A stretch of DNA of 63,599 bases, the filler included, from Lenisia limosa (taxonomy: Eukaryota; Protista; Breviatea), in assembly GCA_001655205.1 (NCBI GenBank). It is 10 parts of 10 records of this genome, joined end to end, with 100 filler letters (N's around TTAATTAATTAA, not from the genome) between each part and the next. Parts side by side here need not be neighbours in the genome. Positions count along the whole stretch, not along the records: positions 58,574 to 63,599 come from LPNZ01008919.1; 9 more parts are not named here. One strand, 5' to 3'. The position numbers were made by a program, and so were the translations under genes. The stretch's first letter is position 1, and each line of letters opens with the position of its first letter. The notes below the pieces were generated by a model, which saw nothing but the letters and a program-made list of their open reading frames with translations, made no database searches and was not told where the DNA came from. Shown one piece after another: positions 61,594-63,599 of this stretch.

Positions 61594-62079
61594 ACAGATT
61601 GCTTCAATATTGCCTGGACAGGTAAGGTCTGAACAGATTTTGTCATTTCTCCAGATAATTGCGTCCAAAGAAGACTTGAAGCCCGACTGTCAAAGAAACA
61701 CTAAGGTTAATCGAGGCGGTCTGGTCTACTCAGCCCAACAACAGAAAAAGTACCAAAATGAAAATTTTTAAAAAGGCAGAGTAATTGTTTTTAATGTATT
61801 ATTAATTGAATCCTATACGTCCTGTTGAGTGTCTAATGAAAGAATAAAGCATTTTTTTTTGCCATTTTAAACCAACTTTTGGGTTCTACGAAAGCAAAAT
61901 TCACACAAATAATTGGTTAAAGCAGGCTGCAGAATGAAACCTCGGATTGTAAGGATTTTCCCATAATTTGAGGTGCATACTATATGATTTCCCAAGAAAA
62001 ATCGAAATATATCTTGATAAATCCTCGAAAACTATCGAGATTTTACCGGTCTTTTTCGAACCGAAGTAAAGCCCTAGAT

Positions 62080-63358
62080 GCACCGTAGTGTTCTTGGTCA
62101 CAAAAATACCTCCCCCCATGTAGTTCTTGGCCGCTGAGGTTTGGAAAGGTTGGAAATCAAGGGAGACATTTCCTTTATCATTCAAGTGGGAGGGGTTCAA
62201 GCATTCCCTCCTAACTCTTTGATAAATCATTCAAGAACCCGATCTATTTTTAGTTTTATGCAATTTTATGCTTTATTATCGAGGTCCAAGTCCTACTTTG
62301 GGCCTGGTTCAAGCTTGTGTACCGCATTAGCACAGGCAGCGTTGTTGGAGGGGTTAAGGTAGAGGCAGGGGGTGTATGGCGAGGAAGGATCTTGTAAAAT
62401 ATGACGAATGCAGTACTTGTATCCTAGAAAGAGTCACGGAGACGACCAGCAATAATAACCAACCATCAATAACTTGACCTTTACATGGTTTTGTCCCTTG
62501 GTTTAAGCACATAAGCCGATCTAACAATGATAAATGCCCACCATAGCAGACACAAACCTCTGGAAGAAGTAGACATATTGCAACGAGAGCCACAACTTAG
62601 ATGCTGGTATTATTTTCTTCTTCAATCTATTATTTATTTATCTTATTAACAACCTATTACTTTTTTAGGAGGAAAAGCGGGAAACAACGGAAATTTCTTA
62701 AATAGTATCAATACCTGGGGGTATATAAACCCAAGATACTCGCTTTCATGTATAGATGAGTTGTGTTTGTATCAAAAATGTTGGTTTCGTTCGCCGTTTC
62801 GCTCAGCCTTGCAAAATAATAAAATAATTTCATACTTTTTTTATTTCAAGTTTTTTTTTTTGTTTTTTTGTCTGAACAAAGAAAATTTACATTTTTTTTC
62901 ATTGATATTTGATATTGAATAAGCCAATGAAAATTAAACCACACCACCACCGTCAACACCAAAGGACATTTTACTTCCCAGCTTGATATTATTCGCTGCG
63001 CGGCTTTTCGCGGAGAAATCTTCCATTTGGCGGCAGTTTGGTGACGGGTAAACTGGGCATCCACTTCCATCATCACCATCACCATCACCATCACCACCAC
63101 CATCATCATGCACACGAATAATATCCACCCAAATAGTCATTTTGGTCCTTCAAACACATAAATCAAACCTGAATAATACACTACTAATATCAATTAATTC
63201 ATGGGGCACTGAACGAACATTGCTGTTCCAGCAGAGATCCACTTTTTCGCATCATGACCACACGGCATGGGAATTTCGCAGACTGGAGAATCGCGCTCGC
63301 GCGTGGCGTATATCGGGACAAATACGGTTGTGTCCGCGGGGAAGGGATCTCGTGAATG
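62080..63358 (-). CDS. Hypothetical multi-exon protein (partial)
   Basis: Exon-like blocks with GT-AG borders at ~63250-63358, 62950-63055 and 62290-62400. Reading frames are ambiguous. Confidence 0.3.
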
Positions 63359-63599
63359 CTGTGGGGGGTGAGTTGAAGTAAAAAGAAAAAAAGCCCAAAT
63401 CAACTCTGTTTGCTGACAAGGGTTGATAGGGGGGATGTGGGGTGAGTTGAAATAGAGATAGACGACCGATTTTCCCTGGGAATTCACAGAGCAAATCGGC
63501 CAAGACTTATCCCGGTCACTTTATACCCTCAACCCCCAACCAAAGGAACCCAGGCCAGGTAGGTTGGAGCGACCGTGGACGACACCACATCAGAAGGCT

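Noticed and set aside
62846-63140. MVMVMV / DGDGDG ORFs
   Set aside because: Translations of an intronic (CATCAC)n microsatellite.
25377-63599. Functional clustering or synteny among genes on either side of the spacers
   Set aside because: The contigs are concatenated arbitrarily, so adjacency across linkers has no meaning.

Overview
Intron-rich eukaryotic (protist) nuclear DNA, not prokaryotic. The window is at least 10 unrelated contigs joined by artificial 100-bp spacers (44 N + TTAATTAATTAA + 44 N), so neighbourhood is only meaningful within a contig. The other N-runs are gaps or masking, often next to poly-G or poly-C. The six-frame ORF track is mostly uninformative, so genes were rebuilt by hand across GT-AG introns, and interior exon boundaries are manual predictions. 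TAA, TAG and TGA all act as stops (standard code). Recognisable genes: eIF2A, a bacterial-type UDP-glucose 4-epimerase with 10 introns, glutamine synthetase II, a cathepsin B without occluding loop, an ankyrin protein, an atypical kinase, GCNA/ACRC (SprT+HMG), ICMT/STE14, a 2-TM sensor protein with a probable phosphodiesterase output, a Sushi/RCC1-like surface protein, Kintoun/DNAAF2 (implying a flagellate), an EVH1 protein, a MAPEG/MGST3 and a divergent ORC5. The profile fits a metamonad-like flagellate, but that identity is inference only. Top lead: a repeated intron sequence found in seven apparently unrelated host genes, always in sense orientation and often homologous up to the 3' splice site (introner-like). 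Other leads: two MITE families (TA-flanked pogo/Tc1-like with a pogo transposase relic; 8-bp-TSD hAT-like), an unclassified ~65-bp dispersed repeat, tandem amplifications of splice sites, 9-nt and 5-nt microexons in the protease active-site motif, and a tRNA-Asp-like element beside a LINE relic.
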